A stretch of 64,000 nucleotides of DNA from Candidatus Binataceae bacterium. GTDB lineage: Bacteria; Desulfobacterota; Binatia; Binatales; Binataceae. Positions 17,784 to 27,310 of this stretch are shown here, piece by piece. Under the pieces are notes generated by a model. That model saw only the letters and a list, made by a program, of their open reading frames with translations. It was not told where the DNA came from and ran no database searches. The stretch covers positions 27,264 through 91,263 of the forward strand of contig DATJID010000070.1 of assembly GCA_035493515.1 (NCBI GenBank), given 5' to 3'. How positions within the stretch are numbered: position 1 is the first letter of the stretch; every line of letters begins with the position of its first letter. The position numbers and the translations under genes were made by a program.

Positions 17784-18143
17784 CTAGGCGTTCGGGTCGA
17801 GCCCCCACTTGCGTTTGTTCTCCGCGATCTGGTCGGAGGTGGGATGTTCGGTCTGGGTGAAGGTCTTCACTTTGAACTGGTCGGCTAGTTCCAGCGTGGC
17901 ATGGTTAAGCGCGATGTCGTCCTTAAAGACCTCGGGGGTCGCCGGTTCCTCGAAGATCGCCTGCCATGGGCACTCCGGTTCGCAGGCGCCGCAGTCGATA
18001 CATTCGTCGGGGTTGATATAGAGCATGTTGGGGAAGCGCTGTTTGTCCTCGCCCACATACTCGTAGATGCAATCGACCGGACACACGCTGACGCATCCGG
18101 TGTCAACGCAGTCAATGCACAGTCGGGTTATGGTCCAGGGCAT
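17784..18143 (-). CDS. fdxA: 7Fe (3Fe-4S/4Fe-4S) ferredoxin, Azotobacter FdI type
   Basis: [21 protein letters not shown]...[19 protein letters not shown] cysteine pattern, as in FdxA-type ferredoxins. Confidence 0.85.
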   Translation of the reverse strand: MPWTITRLCIDCVDTGCVSVCPVDCIYEYVGEDKQRFPNMLYINPDECIDCGACEPECPWQAIFEEPATPEVFKDDIALNHATLELADQFKVKTFTQTEHPTSDQIAENKRKWGLDPNA

Positions 18144-18373
18144 GTTCCGTCATCCTCTCCTGTCGGGCAGCGGCGCCTTCCAAATTATAACGGCCGAACG
18201 GATGGGCTGAGAAGCGCCGCGCCCGGGGCCTTGGCTTTCGTTCAGGCGCAACTTCTATAGCATAGATTGGCCGGCGGCAAGAAAGAACCGCCCCTATCCG
18301 CTGCCGCCGCGTCAGAGGCTTGTCGGGGCTGTAACCGGCGGCACATGTTGCCGATGTGTAAGGAGCAAAAACG

Positions 18374-18793
18374 ATGGAGATCAACGGCGTCGCTCACGTA
18401 ATGCTGACGGTCGGCGACTACGAGGCCTGCCTGCCGTTTTACGAGAAGCTGCTGCCGTTTCTGGGCTTGACCTTCGTGGTGCGCAAGACCGGATCGCAGT
18501 TCTACTGCATTGGCGGGCGCACCGGGATGGGTATCCACAAGGCAGCGGAGCAATATCGCGGCGAGCGTTTCGTGCAGGGCCGCGCGGGGCTGCATCACGT
18601 ATGCCTGCGTGCGCGCGAGCGCAGCGACGTCGACGCGGCTTACCAGTTCCTGCTCGGAATCGGCGCAACGATCATCCATCCGCCCGACGAGGGCACCTGG
18701 GCCAAGGGCTATTACTCGGTGCTGTTCGAGGACCCCGACGGCATCCGGTTGGAAGTCAATCACATCCCGGGCAAGGGCCTGCTGGCCGACTAG
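18374..18793 (+). CDS. VOC/glyoxalase-bleomycin resistance family protein
   Basis: MEINGVAHVMLTVGDYEACLPFYEKLLPFLGL...GLHHVCLRA...DPDGIRLEV is typical of paired beta-alpha-beta-beta-beta modules. Confidence 0.7.
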   Translation: MEINGVAHVMLTVGDYEACLPFYEKLLPFLGLTFVVRKTGSQFYCIGGRTGMGIHKAAEQYRGERFVQGRAGLHHVCLRARERSDVDAAYQFLLGIGATIIHPPDEGTWAKGYYSVLFEDPDGIRLEVNHIPGKGLLAD

Positions 18794-19135
18794 TGGCGCG
18801 GACTCCCTGGGGTCATCCTGAGCGGGCGCGGTGCGAGTCGAGGGATCTCGCGCCTCGGCGAGTCGGTCAGGCCGTTGACGGTTGGCCTATCGCCGTCGGC
18901 GTCGAAGAAAGGCTCGCCCGCCAGGATTGGTCGCGTTGGGATAGGTGGTGAAATAATGGTCGAACGAGACGTTCTCCTGGAAAATCAACTCCACATGCTC
19001 GATCGGAGTGGCAGTGTCAGAATCGTGGCCGTGGGCGAGCGCAAGACGCGCTCCCGCAGCGTCCGTCGCCATGCTGACCGCCGCGGCCATCGCCACTGCG
19101 CTTGCCGTTTTTCTCAGCTTCCATAGCTGCCGCAT
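18790..19135 (-). pseudogene. Remnant (N-terminal about 110 codons, frameshifted) of an AcpA/PlcN-type phosphoesterase gene
   Basis: Signal peptide followed by IEHVELIFQENVSFDHYFTTYPNATNPGG. The frame breaks near 18915-18925. The adjacent frame continues GEPFFDADGDRPTVNGLTD and then runs into a stop at 18790. The remaining about 400 codons expected for the family are absent. Confidence 0.55.
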
Positions 19136-19315
19136 GGCCTTTGGTTAACTCCTTGGTTTGCGAAGGTTGAGGTCGCGTGCAGCGTAGGAGACGATCATTG
19201 ACGGCATGTGAATCGTGCCTGATTTCGGATGAAGCGAGGAAGGGCCGCGCGCGGCTGGCGGGCGCGCGCCGTCCTTGGCGCGCAATCTCAAACTTGATTA
19301 CAATCGCCGCTCAAA

Positions 19316-20638
19316 ATGCGAGACAGGTTAATAAAAACGCCGGTCGGAATCCCGGCGCGCCGGCGCGGCCGGCGCGATGTGCTGGAAAGCCGCCGTTTCG
19401 AAGAGCTCGCCCTGGGTCTGGCCGCGGCCTTCGCGCGGGTGGCGGTAGAAGAGATCGATGAGGAAATCGAGCGCTGGATGGAACGCATCGTGCTGACCTT
19501 GGAGCTGGATCGCAGCACGCTCGCGCAAATCGACGCCTCGACCGGATTGCCCTATTTCAGCCATCAATGGGTGCGTCCGGGGTTCCCGCCGACGCCGCGG
19601 ATTCCCAATACCTTCGAAGCTTATCCGTGGGCTTCAAATAAAGTGATCTTGCAGGGCGAGACGATGGTTTTTTCAAGCGTCGATGAGCTTCCGCCCGAAG
19701 CCGCTCGCGACCGTGCGAACATCCGAGAGCACGGGCCCAAATCCAACGTTACGGTGCCAATCAAGGTCGGCGGAAGGGTCATCGGCGCAGCGATGTTCGG
19801 GGCGTTCAAGAGCGAGCGCGCGTGGCCGGCCGAAATTGTGCGGCGCTTGCAAATGATAACCGAGATTTTCGGCTACGCCCTGGAACGCAAGCGCGCCGCG
19901 GCCGAGGTGCTCCGGCTGCGCAGCGATTTGAACCACGTCTCTCGGGTCAACACGCTGGGAGAGCTGGCGGCTTCATTTGCGCACGAGCTCAATCAGCCGC
20001 TGGCCGCCATCCTGAGCAACGCGGAAGCGATCCGGAGCATCCTCGAATCGCCTGGTCCCGACCTCATGGAGATAGGCGCTGCCATCGACGACGTCATCGA
20101 AGACAACAATCGCGCCGGCGAGACGATTCGACGGCTGCGCGCCCTGTTTCGGCGCGAAGACTCGGTCAAATCCACCCTCCAGCTAACCGAGATCTTAAGC
20201 GAGATCAGCCGTATCGTCCGCGGCGACGCGATGCTGCGCAGCATCTCTTTCGCGCTCGACATGCCGCAATCGCTTCCGCAGGTTCTGGCCGACCGCGTCC
20301 AGTTGCAGCAGGCCATCATCAACCTCGTGCTTAACGCGTTCGACGCGGTCACCTCAGCCGACCGCGAACCGCGCGAGGTGAAAGTGCGGGCTCTCCCGGG
20401 CGCCGCGGGCTGGGTGAAAATACTGGTCATCGACTCGGGCGCGGGAATTGAACCCGACGTGCTGCCCCGGATTTTCGAGACCTTCTTCACCACCAAGCGC
20501 GATGGAATGGGTATCGGGCTCTCGATTGCGCGATCTATCGTCGAGGCGCACGGAGGTTCTCTGACGGCTTCGTCGGTGCCGAAACGGGGCGCCACATTCG
20601 AAATCGCCCTGCCCGCGATCGCGGACCGCGAGGCTTAG
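19316..20638 (+). CDS. Cytoplasmic GAF-domain sensor histidine kinase (orphan)
   Basis: H-box LGELAASFAHELNQPLAAI, N-box QQAIINLVLNAFDA and G-boxes DSGAGI / GMGIGLSIARSIVEAHGG. No TM segment and no adjacent response regulator. The start is uncertain. Confidence 0.8.
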   Translation: MRDRLIKTPVGIPARRRGRRDVLESRRFEELALGLAAAFARVAVEEIDEEIERWMERIVLTLELDRSTLAQIDASTGLPYFSHQWVRPGFPPTPRIPNTFEAYPWASNKVILQGETMVFSSVDELPPEAARDRANIREHGPKSNVTVPIKVGGRVIGAAMFGAFKSERAWPAEIVRRLQMITEIFGYALERKRAAAEVLRLRSDLNHVSRVNTLGELAASFAHELNQPLAAILSNAEAIRSILESPGPDLMEIGAAIDDVIEDNNRAGETIRRLRALFRREDSVKSTLQLTEILSEISRIVRGDAMLRSISFALDMPQSLPQVLADRVQLQQAIINLVLNAFDAVTSADREPREVKVRALPGAAGWVKILVIDSGAGIEPDVLPRIFETFFTTKRDGMGIGLSIARSIVEAHGGSLTASSVPKRGATFEIALPAIADREA

Positions 20639-20710
20639 ACCTCCAGTTCCTGGCCGCCGTACATTAAGATCAGAATCCGTCAGCAAAGTTTTCCGAGGAA
20701 AGGTTCTGCC

Positions 20711-22114
<1,404 letters not shown>

Positions 22115-22180
22115 GCGAGCGACGATCGAAGTCGCCCCGCCAGCCGCCGCCAATTCGCAATCGCATCGGAGGAATCATCG

Positions 22181-22726
22181 ATGGAAAAGCTGCCGTCCGC
22201 CTATAAACAGGTCGCACCTAACCGCTATCGCGAGGCCTACGGGCTCTTTTACGAGGACTTCACGCCAGGCGACGTTTTCGAGCATCGCCCCGGCCGCACG
22301 CTCACCGAAACCGACAACATCTACATGACGCTGCTGGCGATGAACACGCACCCGCTGCACTTCGACTCGGCCTACGCGAATGCGACGCAATGGAAACGGC
22401 CGCTGATGAATTCGCTGGTCACGATTTCGGTGGTCACCGGAATGAGCGTGCACAGCACCAGCCAAAACGCCGTCGCCAACCTGGGATGGGACAAGGTGCG
22501 GCTGGTCAATCCGGTCTTCGCCGGCGACACGCTCTACGCGGAGACCGCGGTGGTCGCCAAGCGCGAGTCCGCAAGCCGCCCCACCCAGGGATTGGTCACT
22601 GTGCACACGGTCGGCATGAAAACCGACGGCGAGAACGGACAATCGGGAATTGTGGTGATCGAATTCGATCGCACTTTCCTGGTCTACAAGCGCGAGCATT
22701 CGCCGCTGGGCAAGGCCAACTACTAG
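22181..22726 (+). CDS. MaoC-like (R)-hydratase / hot-dog fold dehydratase
   Basis: FTPGDVFEHRPGRTLTETDNIYMTLLAMNTHPLHFD is a typical MaoC dehydratase N-terminal pattern. Confidence 0.75.
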   Translation: MEKLPSAYKQVAPNRYREAYGLFYEDFTPGDVFEHRPGRTLTETDNIYMTLLAMNTHPLHFDSAYANATQWKRPLMNSLVTISVVTGMSVHSTSQNAVANLGWDKVRLVNPVFAGDTLYAETAVVAKRESASRPTQGLVTVHTVGMKTDGENGQSGIVVIEFDRTFLVYKREHSPLGKANY

Positions 22727-22752
22727 ACGCAGCCTTATCGGCGAGAAGACCG

Positions 22753-23871
22753 GTGACGGCGGCGATCAAGCGCGAGCCATCGCGGCGTCGCGCGCGCGGT
22801 GTTCTCGTGCCGCTCGCGCTAGCGGCAATTCTGATCGCGAGCCTCGCGGCCTGCGCGGCGGCTGCGGCGCCGCCGCCGCTCGCCGCGTTTCCCGCCGGAC
22901 TCGATCCCAATTCGATGCTGTTGCCGCCGCCGGCCGAAGGCGGACGCGTCAAGGTGAGCGTTGCGCTGCACGTGCTCAACCTCTCGGGCATCGACGAGGT
23001 CACCGAGCGCTTTGAGCTAACCGGCTATCTGCTGGCGCAGTGGAACGATCCGCGCCTCAACTATAAGGCCTCCGGCAATGGCGACAAATATCGAACGCTC
23101 GCGCCGGATTCGGTGTGGCGGCCACAGCTGGTCATAATCAACGCGGTCAAGCCGCGCCAGGTTCTTGAAGAGTCGCTGCACGTCGCTCCGGACGGGACCG
23201 CGTCCTACGTCGAACGCTTCGACGCGCTCGTGACCTCGACTTTTTATCTTAGGCCCTTCCCCTTCGATGCGCAGAAGCTCGAGGTCCTGGTCCATCCGTT
23301 CACCGACCAGCAGCTGTCCGTCGCCTTCGTCACCAGTCGGTTGCCAGTGTGGACCGCGACCGAGTTCAGCACCTATTCCTCGCTGGAGTCGTGGGAATTC
23401 AAGTCGCTGACCGCCAAGCTCGGAACGGCGGCGAGCCAATTCGGCGAACATGCGATTGCCGAAGCGCGGTTCGAGATCGCGGTTGAGCGACGCTACGAGT
23501 TTTACCTGTGGAAGGTGTTTCTGCCGCTGCTGCTGATGGTGGTCGTGTCGTGGTCGGTGTTCTGGTTCGACCCGTCCGAAGTTTCGAGCCAGGTGACCAT
23601 AGCTGTGACTACGATTCTGACGATCATCGCGTTCGCGCTCGCGATCTCATTGACCCTCCCGCGAGTGCCATATCTGACTTTCGCCGACGCTTTTTTTCTG
23701 GCCTGTTACATCTTCGCTTTCCTGGCCATGCTCGAACTGACCACCGTGCATATCGCCTATCGCAACGAGCGGCGCGACCTGGCCAGGGGAATCCGCCGCA
23801 CCGCCCGCTGGTTGGTGCCGGCGGCGTTCGTCGTGGTCAATTCAATCCTGATTCTGCATTTTCTGACCTAA
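22753..23871 (+). CDS. Prokaryotic pentameric ligand-gated ion channel (GLIC/ELIC-type)
   Basis: GTG 22753 is the first start after the MaoC stop in the 22390..23871 frame. Signal/lipobox-like LIASLAAC. Beta-rich ectodomain (VSVALHVLNLSGIDEVTERFELTGYLLAQWNDPRLNY; WRPQLVIINA). Four TM helices with a short M3-M4 loop. Confidence 0.75.
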   Translation: MTAAIKREPSRRRARGVLVPLALAAILIASLAACAAAAAPPPLAAFPAGLDPNSMLLPPPAEGGRVKVSVALHVLNLSGIDEVTERFELTGYLLAQWNDPRLNYKASGNGDKYRTLAPDSVWRPQLVIINAVKPRQVLEESLHVAPDGTASYVERFDALVTSTFYLRPFPFDAQKLEVLVHPFTDQQLSVAFVTSRLPVWTATEFSTYSSLESWEFKSLTAKLGTAASQFGEHAIAEARFEIAVERRYEFYLWKVFLPLLLMVVVSWSVFWFDPSEVSSQVTIAVTTILTIIAFALAISLTLPRVPYLTFADAFFLACYIFAFLAMLELTTVHIAYRNERRDLARGIRRTARWLVPAAFVVVNSILILHFLT

Positions 23872-23895
23872 TCAAGCCCGATCGGCAAAGGTAAA

Positions 23896-25350
23896 ATGGA
23901 CAAGCACATCACGCGGCGCGAATTGCTCAAGCGGGGCGCCATAGCAGGCGCCGCCGCGCTATCCGCCCCCTTCATCCATCACCGCCACGCGCAGGCCGCA
24001 GGAGTGATCGATCCGGCCGCGGCCAGGAGCTTCGGCGCGAGCCTTAAAGGACGCCTGATCGTTCCCGGCGACGCGGAGTATGATGCCGCCCGCCGCGTCT
24101 GGAATCGACGCTATGACAAGCACCCTGCGATGATCGCGCGATGCGCCGGCGCCGACGATGTGCGGCGGTCGGTGGAATTCGGCCGCCGATGGAATCTGCC
24201 CGCCGCGATTCGCAGCGGAGGCCATAGTTTCGCGGGCTATTCGACCTGCGACGGCGGACTGGTTATCGATCTGTCGCAGATGAAGCGCGTACAGGTCGAT
24301 TCGGCCAAGCGCCTCGCCCGCGCCGAGCCTGGCATTCTTATCGCGGACTTCGACAACACGGTCGCGCCTTTTGGTCTCGCGGCGTCGCTGGGCGCCTGCC
24401 CCGACGTTGGCGTGGGCGGTCTCACGCTCGGCGGCGGCAATGGATGGCTGGAGAGTGTTTACGGCACCGCCTGCGACAACCTGGTCGCGGTCGAACTGGT
24501 GACCGCTGACGGAGATTTGCGGCGCGCCAATGCCGATGAGCGCCCCGATCTTTACTGGGCGATGCGCGGGGCCGGGGCAAACTTCGGCGTCGCGACCGCG
24601 CTCGAGTACAAGCTCCATCCGGTGACCACGATCATGTTCGGCTCATTGGAATACCGGCCCGCGCAGGTTCGCGACGTCCTGCGCTTCCTGCGCGGCTACG
24701 CGCCCCACGTTCCCGACCAGCTCGTTTTGATCCTGGATGTCCCGGGCCAATTCGGTGAATCAGGTCTCGAGCTAAGCGTCGCCTATGTGGGCGACCCGAA
24801 GAACGGGGAGCCGATCATCAAGCAACTGCGGGATGCCACCCGGCCCATCTCAGGCGTAATCCAGCCGACACCATACAAGGATACGGTCGGCAGCGAAGCG
24901 CCGCCGGGCGGACCGTTTGCGAGTTACCGCAGGGCCGGCTTCTTTGCGACTATTGGCGACCCGATGATCGAGGCCGTGATTGAATCCGTCGCCACCCGGC
25001 CCTCGAAGTGGAGCAAGCTCACGTTTTTCTTCGCCCATGGCGCGCGATGCCGAATCGCGCCCACGGCGACCGCGTACAGTCTTCGGCAGGTGGGCTTCGA
25101 ATGCTGGATCCAGACGTATTGGACCGCGCCGGCGGCGGCGGCGAAATCGATCGAGTGGGTAAACCAGTTCTGGGAGCGGACCGGCGCCTTCGCCACCGGA
25201 CGAGTTTATGTCAATTACCTGGAGGACGAAGGCGCCGAGCGTGTGCGCGCCGCCTACGGCCTGAATTACGATCGTCTGGTCGCGCTTAAGAACAAGTACG
25301 ATCCGACCGACTTCTTTCGCATCAATCAGAACATCAGGCCGACCGTGTAG
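23896..25350 (+). CDS. Tat-exported FAD-linked oxidase with C-terminal BBE domain
   Basis: Twin-arginine leader MDKHITRRELLKRGAIAGAAALSAP, FAD_binding_4 region (IRSGGHSFAGYS) and a BBE-like end (YVNYLEDEG...YDPTDFFRINQNI). Confidence 0.8.
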   Translation: MDKHITRRELLKRGAIAGAAALSAPFIHHRHAQAAGVIDPAAARSFGASLKGRLIVPGDAEYDAARRVWNRRYDKHPAMIARCAGADDVRRSVEFGRRWNLPAAIRSGGHSFAGYSTCDGGLVIDLSQMKRVQVDSAKRLARAEPGILIADFDNTVAPFGLAASLGACPDVGVGGLTLGGGNGWLESVYGTACDNLVAVELVTADGDLRRANADERPDLYWAMRGAGANFGVATALEYKLHPVTTIMFGSLEYRPAQVRDVLRFLRGYAPHVPDQLVLILDVPGQFGESGLELSVAYVGDPKNGEPIIKQLRDATRPISGVIQPTPYKDTVGSEAPPGGPFASYRRAGFFATIGDPMIEAVIESVATRPSKWSKLTFFFAHGARCRIAPTATAYSLRQVGFECWIQTYWTAPAAAAKSIEWVNQFWERTGAFATGRVYVNYLEDEGAERVRAAYGLNYDRLVALKNKYDPTDFFRINQNIRPTV

Positions 25351-25530
25351 CGTTCTCCATCCCAGCGCAGCCATGCTTTGCTATGTTTCAGTTTCAAGCG
25401 GCTGATAATTACATAATATGTACTACGCTTTTCTAAAAAGATTCAGCATGCTCTGATATTGGTTCAACTAATGAATATTAGTCTATTGTCTTTCCCCGAG
25501 TTCGCGGGAGAGGGCTTGAAACGAGAATAC

Positions 25531-27147
25531 TCACATCCTGAACACGCCGAAACTGGTGGCCGGCGGGATTCCCGCGTTAAGCGACGCGGCGATCCCGAGT
25601 GCCAGCATCGCACGCGTCTCGAGCGGATCGATTACTCCGTCGTCCCATAGCCGCGCGCTCGAGAAATAGCAACTCGATTCGTGCTCGTATTTCGCCAGCG
25701 TCGGCCGAGTAAACTCAGCCTGCTCCGCGGGCGTCATGGTCTGACTCTGGCCTTTCAATTGGTCGAGCTTGACCGTGAGCAACGTGTTGGCCGCCTGCTC
25801 TCCGCCCATCACCGAGATGCGGGAGTTGGGCCACATGAAAAGCATCCGCGGCGAATACGCTCTCCCGCACATCCCGTAATTTCCCGCGCCATTCGACGCA
25901 CCGATTATCACGGTGAACTTGGGCACCTGCGCGTTGGCCACCGCGTTGACCATCTTGGCCCCGTCCTTGGCGATTCCGCCCTGCTCGTAACGTTTGCCGA
26001 CCATGAAGCCGGTGATGTTCTGCAAAAAGACTAGCGGGATACGGCGCGCGCAGCAGAGCGCGATGAAGTGCGTCGCCTTGAGCGCCGATTCGCTGAACAG
26101 CACGCCGTTGTTCGCGATGATGCCGACCGGGTAGCCGTAGATGCGCGCGAAGCCGGTCACCAGGGTTGCGCCGTAGCGCGGCTTGAACTCGTGCATTCGG
26201 CTGCCGTCGACCAGCCGCGCGATTAATTCGCGCACCTCGTAGGGCCGGCGCGTGTCGCCCGAGACCACGCCGTAGATCTCGCGCGGATCGTAATACGGAT
26301 CCTCGGGATCCGCCTGCTGCAGCGCGTACTCGAGGCCGGTGCGCGGGCCGAGGCTTTCGAAGATCGAGCGCGCGATCGCGAGCGCATGTTCGTCGTCATC
26401 CGCCAGATAATCGCTCACGCCGCTAAGCCGCGTGTGCACGTCGCCGCCGCCCAGTTCCTCGGCGCTGACTTCCTCGCCGGTGGCCGCGCGCACCAGTGGC
26501 GGCCCGGCGAGGAAAATCGTCCCCTGCTCGCGCACGATGATATTTTCGTCGCACATCGCCGGCACGTAGGCGCCGCCCGCCGTGCACGAACCCATCACCG
26601 CTGCCACCTGCGGAATCCCAGCGGCCGACATCCGCGCCATGTTGTAGAAGATGCGCCCGAAGTGCTCGCGGTCGGGAAAGACCTCCGATTGCAGCGGCAG
26701 GAACGCGCCGCCCGAGTCGACCAGGTACACACACGGAAGATGGTTCTGCAGCGCGATCTCCTGCGCGCGCAGATGCTTCTTGACCGTCATCGGATAATAG
26801 GTGCCGCCCTTGACCGTAGCGTCATTGGCCACCACCACGACCTCCCGGCCCTGCAACCGCCCGACGCCCGTGACAATTCCGGCCCCCGGCGCCTCGTCTT
26901 CGTACATCCCCCACGCCGCGAGCGGCGAGAGCTCCATGAACGCGCTCTCGGGATCGAGCAGCTTCCGGATGCGATCGCGCACCAGTAGTTTGCCGCGTTC
27001 CAGATGGCGGCGGCGCGATTGCTCGGGGCCGCCTTGGCGCACGCGCTCGACCGCCTCGCGTAATTGTTTGACCGCCGCCTCCATCAGCGCGAAATTCTGC
27101 CGGTACTCCGGGCTCGAGGTGTTGATGCGGCTCTCGATTCGTTCCAT
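25531..27147 (-). CDS. Acyl-CoA carboxylase carboxyltransferase (beta) subunit, methylcrotonyl-CoA carboxylase-like
   Basis: Full-length carboxyltransferase pattern ([22 protein letters not shown]...[11 protein letters not shown]...SVMGGEQAA). No biotin-carboxylase partner is adjacent. Confidence 0.85.
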   Translation of the reverse strand: MERIESRINTSSPEYRQNFALMEAAVKQLREAVERVRQGGPEQSRRRHLERGKLLVRDRIRKLLDPESAFMELSPLAAWGMYEDEAPGAGIVTGVGRLQGREVVVVANDATVKGGTYYPMTVKKHLRAQEIALQNHLPCVYLVDSGGAFLPLQSEVFPDREHFGRIFYNMARMSAAGIPQVAAVMGSCTAGGAYVPAMCDENIIVREQGTIFLAGPPLVRAATGEEVSAEELGGGDVHTRLSGVSDYLADDDEHALAIARSIFESLGPRTGLEYALQQADPEDPYYDPREIYGVVSGDTRRPYEVRELIARLVDGSRMHEFKPRYGATLVTGFARIYGYPVGIIANNGVLFSESALKATHFIALCCARRIPLVFLQNITGFMVGKRYEQGGIAKDGAKMVNAVANAQVPKFTVIIGASNGAGNYGMCGRAYSPRMLFMWPNSRISVMGGEQAANTLLTVKLDQLKGQSQTMTPAEQAEFTRPTLAKYEHESSCYFSSARLWDDGVIDPLETRAMLALGIAASLNAGIPPATSFGVFRM

Positions 27148-27310
27148 CGGCGTCCTCTCTGTATCGCTCTCGCGGTTCGATCCCTCGCACGGGTGCGGGC
27201 CTGATGCCAGCCGCGCTCGGTTGGGCTAGATATTAGCTTGACCAAACGGCAGACCGCGAAGCGGTAATGACGGAACCGCAACGTGGTTCGGGGGATAAAA
27301 GACAGCGCCG

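Noticed and set aside
22390-22752. N-terminal 121 codons of track ORF 22390..23871
   Set aside because: This part overlaps the MaoC gene in another frame and looks non-protein-like (Arg/Gly/His-rich). The ion-channel gene most plausibly starts at GTG 22753, after the MaoC stop.
25459-25650. 63-aa ORF starting in the AT-rich spacer
   Set aside because: Most of it is antisense to the 3' end of the carboxyltransferase gene. It has no RBS or motif.
27150-27200. tRNA-like T-arm string GGTTCGATCCC (about 27166)
   Set aside because: The surrounding about 80 nt cannot be folded into acceptor, D and anticodon arms. The candidate T-stem has a mismatch. The string lies in the 5' leader of the carboxyltransferase gene.
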